Source of the DNA: Candidatus Bathyarchaeota archaeon RBG_16_48_13 | Lineage (GTDB): Archaea > Thermoproteota > Bathyarchaeia > RBG-16-48-13 | Assembly: GCA_001775995.1 (NCBI GenBank) | Contig: MEZH01000012.1 | Location: forward strand, 24,555-53,611 | Length of the DNA: 29,057 nucleotides | Direction: 5' to 3' | In this document: piece after piece, positions 26,495 through 29,057 of the stretch | How positions within the stretch are numbered: the stretch's first letter is position 1 | Layout: the number at the start of each line of letters is the position of its first letter | Translations under genes and position numbers: made by a program | The notes under the pieces: generated by a model | What the model was told of the DNA's origin: nothing | Seen by the model: only the letters and a program-made list of their open reading frames with translations | Databases searched by the model: none

Positions 26495-27496
26495 ATGATG
26501 ATAAAGATAGGGTTTGGACTATTGGGTATCGGGTCTGTGATGGAAACCGCTGGATACTTCAAGTTAGCTGAGGATCTTGGATTGGAATATGGCTGGGGAG
26601 CTGACCAAACCTTCTCTCCCAGCATCTATTCTTTGCTGACCTTGTCGGCTCACCTCACAAAGCACATCAAGCTTGGGACTAGCGTTACGAACCCCTACAG
26701 CCGACATCCTGTGATACACGCCACATCGGGAGCGGCCATTGACGAGCTCTCGGGAGGCAGGTTCATCCTGGGGCTGGGAGCAGGGGAGAAATCGGCGATT
26801 GAATCCTTGGGGATTGAGCGCCCAAAGACCAAACAAATGCTTAGGGAATCGGTCGAGATAATCAGAAGACTTCTGAAAGGGGAAAAAGTGACATACGACG
26901 GAGAACTTCTGAGCTTATCCAACGTCAAACTCATGTTTCAACCTAGAAGAGTCTTCCCGATCTATGTAGGAGCCAGGGGGCCAAAAACCTTGCAGCTGGC
27001 CGGCGAAATCGGTGACGGCGTATTGATAGATGTTTGCGACCCCACCGAGGGAAAGATAGCCATAGCGGAAACCAACAAGGGTATTGAAAAGGCAGGGAAG
27101 AAACCGGGCGAGACCGAGATAATCTCTGCAGTAAGCTTTGCAGTAGACGAGGATCCTGAGAAAGCCAAGAACAAGGTGAAGTGGTTGGCAGCGGTAATAG
27201 CAGCAAGTGTTCCACAAGAGGTACTTGATAGACACGATATTTCTCTCAGCCAAATAAGAGCTCTAAAAGAGCACCTTGGCAAGAAAGGCACCCATGATAT
27301 TGAACCTCTGGTGACAAAGGAAATGCTTGAGACGTTTACCTTAGCTGGTTCCCCAAGGCAATGTGTGGCCAGAATAGAAACCATGGAGAGAGCAGGGTTC
27401 TCTCAGATTGATTTGGTGATAATAGACACGGTTCACGAGAACATACAACACCAGATCAAGTTGCTTGCCGAGAAGATCCTGCCCCATGTTAAGTAA
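26495..27496 (+). CDS. LLM-class (Mer-like, probably F420-dependent) oxidoreductase
   Basis: IKLGTSVTNPYSRHP, LSGGRFILGLGAG and IYVGARGPKTLQLAGEIGDG. Start re-placed at ATG 26495 (MMIKIG), which follows GGAAGAGG. Confidence 0.85.
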   Translation: MMIKIGFGLLGIGSVMETAGYFKLAEDLGLEYGWGADQTFSPSIYSLLTLSAHLTKHIKLGTSVTNPYSRHPVIHATSGAAIDELSGGRFILGLGAGEKSAIESLGIERPKTKQMLRESVEIIRRLLKGEKVTYDGELLSLSNVKLMFQPRRVFPIYVGARGPKTLQLAGEIGDGVLIDVCDPTEGKIAIAETNKGIEKAGKKPGETEIISAVSFAVDEDPEKAKNKVKWLAAVIAASVPQEVLDRHDISLSQIRALKEHLGKKGTHDIEPLVTKEMLETFTLAGSPRQCVARIETMERAGFSQIDLVIIDTVHENIQHQIKLLAEKILPHVK

Positions 27497-27550
27497 TTTC
27501 TGTCGCGTGCTGGAGATCTCTTGAATCCGAATCAGCGCGCGCTAGGCATT

Positions 27551-28435
27551 CTACATTCCCATTACCACTGACCGAATTTCGGAAGAGGGATAGGCAAATT
27601 CGCCGAAGATGAAGTTGTCGGTGCGGTAGACGTTTCTGGCGCCGTAGAGGTATGAGTCGACAACTTCTTGATATTTGCTTGAAGCATCATCTACAGAAGC
27701 CATTGAGAAGGCTTCCAGTTTGGTGAGTTGTGAAGATTCTGACAGGCTGATCATGGCCCAATTAATCTTGAGGTCGTTGTCTTCGAACTTCAAGTAGGAA
27801 AAAGCTAGATACCCATTTTCGCCAGTGGCATGCTGATACCCTAATTTGAACGCGTCGTTGTTGAAGAAAGCATTTGCAGAAGCGTTTAACACGGACTCAA
27901 GAGCCTGAAGAGCGAGTTGATCTCCCTCGCTGTAGATCAGGACCCCATTGAAAATGGAAACCCATGCCTTGTCCGCTTGCGAATTGTCAGATGTTCTAAT
28001 CTGATGAATTGTGGCATTCTTGTATGAAACATAAGGCAGACCAGCATTTGAGAGTGCTCCGGCTATGGGATTTGCTATCGTGGCGTTCATACCAAGGATA
28101 TTGATGATCGAATTGCTCGAGGTCTCAATCTCTAGACCGTATGCCAGTTCGTAAATGCTTATGTTCCGTTGAAGTTCTGGAATGGAAAGAACGACTGGAC
28201 TAATGAATAGTTCTGGAAATTGCCTCAAGTCAGTCATGTTCAAAAAACGGAATCTTTCAATATTGTTAGGAACCAGAGACATCCAGCCCTGAAATCTGAA
28301 AGTGGGGGGTGGGGCATTGTCTTGGGATGAAAAAAAGTAGTATCCGCCAAGTAATAGAATTGGAACGAGTATAGCTGCCAGGATGAGGCTACTCTTTTTC
28401 CACGGAGTCCGTTTCTTCTTGCTGGGCATGGGCAT
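27551..28435 (-). CDS. Hypothetical membrane-anchored exported protein
   Basis: Long ORF. Basic N-terminus (SKKKRTPWKK), one TM (SLILAAILVPILLLGGYYFF) and an Asn/Ser-rich outer domain. Start at ATG 28435 or 28429. Confidence 0.65.
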   Translation of the reverse strand: MPMPSKKKRTPWKKSSLILAAILVPILLLGGYYFFSSQDNAPPPTFRFQGWMSLVPNNIERFRFLNMTDLRQFPELFISPVVLSIPELQRNISIYELAYGLEIETSSNSIINILGMNATIANPIAGALSNAGLPYVSYKNATIHQIRTSDNSQADKAWVSIFNGVLIYSEGDQLALQALESVLNASANAFFNNDAFKLGYQHATGENGYLAFSYLKFEDNDLKINWAMISLSESSQLTKLEAFSMASVDDASSKYQEVVDSYLYGARNVYRTDNFIFGEFAYPSSEIRSVVMGM

Positions 28436-28496
28436 TCCTGTGAGCTGTAGAATTATTAGAAAGGCAATATATAGACATATCAAAAGGTTCAATCAT

Positions 28497-28829
28497 TTGA
28501 AGAGATACATAGTTGACTTCGTCATAATGAATACGGCAGCTGCCGCAATTACGTTGCTTGCATATTTCAGTGGAGCCAAGTTGCTTGACACATTCGTCTT
28601 TGTTCTTTTTGTGGAGAGCGGATTAGTATTTGTCTTTGCGGGTTTGTTTGGTTTTGTATTTACGCAATCGCTCCTATTGGCATTCAGAAGGATTTTCCGA
28701 AAGATTGAGACAGGAGAGGAAGAGTGGAAAGCCCAAACAAAAGAGAAACACGCGATAGGGAATCGGCTAATTCTCTTGGGTGGTATCCTTATGACAGAAA
28801 CGTTGCTTTTAGCTTTGGTCCCCTTTTGA
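28497..28829 (+). CDS. Small hypothetical membrane protein (3 TM)
   Basis: Three hydrophobic stretches. The start is most plausibly TTG 28497 (or ATG 28527), which avoids overlap with the divergent gene. AATATATA TATA-like element near 28466-28473. Confidence 0.55.
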   Translation: MKRYIVDFVIMNTAAAAITLLAYFSGAKLLDTFVFVLFVESGLVFVFAGLFGFVFTQSLLLAFRRIFRKIETGEEEWKAQTKEKHAIGNRLILLGGILMTETLLLALVPF

Positions 28830-28860
28830 TTTCAGACTGGAATTTGGACATTCAAGTTTC

Positions 28861-28878
28861 AAAGAAAAAGAAAAAAAA
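28861..28878 (-). terminator. Oligo-T terminator of the last minus-strand gene
   Basis: Minus strand TTTTTTTTCTTTTTCTTT, about 10 nt after the TAA at 28888. Confidence 0.6.
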
Positions 28879-28887
28879 GGGAAGTTC

Positions 28888-29057
28888 TTACTCGCTTTTC
28901 CTTCGGCCCATAAATACAGCTGCTACAACAGCAATTATTGCGATCACGATACCGGCATATGCAACCGTCGTCAATGTCGCAACTTGCGAATTCAGTGATG
29001 CCACTTGCGAATTAAGAGTGTTGGTCTGGTTCTTGTATGTGTTCACTTGCGTTGTAA
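28888..29057 (-). CDS. C-terminus of a surface/exported protein: heptad coiled coil, TM anchor and basic tail (partial)
   Basis: Not in the ORF track. Hand translation: ...TTQVNTYKNQTNTLNSQVASLNSQVATLTTVAYAGIVIAIIAVVAAVFMGRRKSE*. Confidence 0.7.
   Translation of the reverse strand, partial: TTQVNTYKNQTNTLNSQVASLNSQVATLTTVAYAGIVIAIIAVVAAVFMGRRKSE

Noticed and set aside
19958-27496. Calling either LLM protein mer (methylene-H4MPT reductase)
   Set aside because: Both lack the His I recall from the Mer Asp-His motif (ADE, ADQ), and there are no C1-pathway genes nearby.
126-28829. Numerous short alternative-frame and antisense ORFs in the track (for example 726..1097, 3656..4084, 11752..12096, 15539..15955, 19904..20572, 24999..25607)
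   Set aside because: They overlap well-supported genes, have no recognisable motifs and are typical shadow ORFs.
1-29057. tRNA/rRNA genes, CRISPR arrays, IS elements, integrases, inteins, and Sec/Pyl readthrough
   Set aside because: By eye I saw no cloverleaf or T-loop signatures, regularly spaced repeats, transposase or recombinase motifs, intein-sized insertions, or interrupted conserved frames.

Overview
Archaeal chromosomal window, judged from TATA-type promoters, oligo-T terminators, archaeal-type YchF, split PurS/PurQ/small PurL and Mer-like LLM oxidoreductases. A Bathyarchaeia/TACK-like lineage is my inference, not a determination. It is gene-dense, and I found no tRNA/rRNA, CRISPR array, transposase or integrase. 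Left to right: the 5' end of a TupA-like tungstate-binding protein, divergent from a ModE-wHTH/PBP fusion regulator, with a ModE-type operator between them; a membrane-anchored wHTH regulator and a Beta_propel surface protein; two convergent paralogous LDH/MDH-like Rossmann proteins; YchF; an SDR; a YbhB/PEBP protein with a probable CTG start; a mycothione-reductase-like disulfide reductase; a cupin; DUF3052 with a highly structured ~200 nt upstream region; purC-purS-purQ-purL-purF; an LLM/ABC-ATPase/FtsX-permease unit; a macrodomain and two CBS proteins; a class III PLP enzyme, amidohydrolase and LLM trio with altered catalytic motifs; and membrane/surface hypotheticals. The best leads are the trio with non-canonical active sites, the convergent Rossmann paralog pair, the structured region downstream of purF, and the ModE-PBP/operator/TupA module. 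All assignments come from motif recognition by eye; no searches were run.
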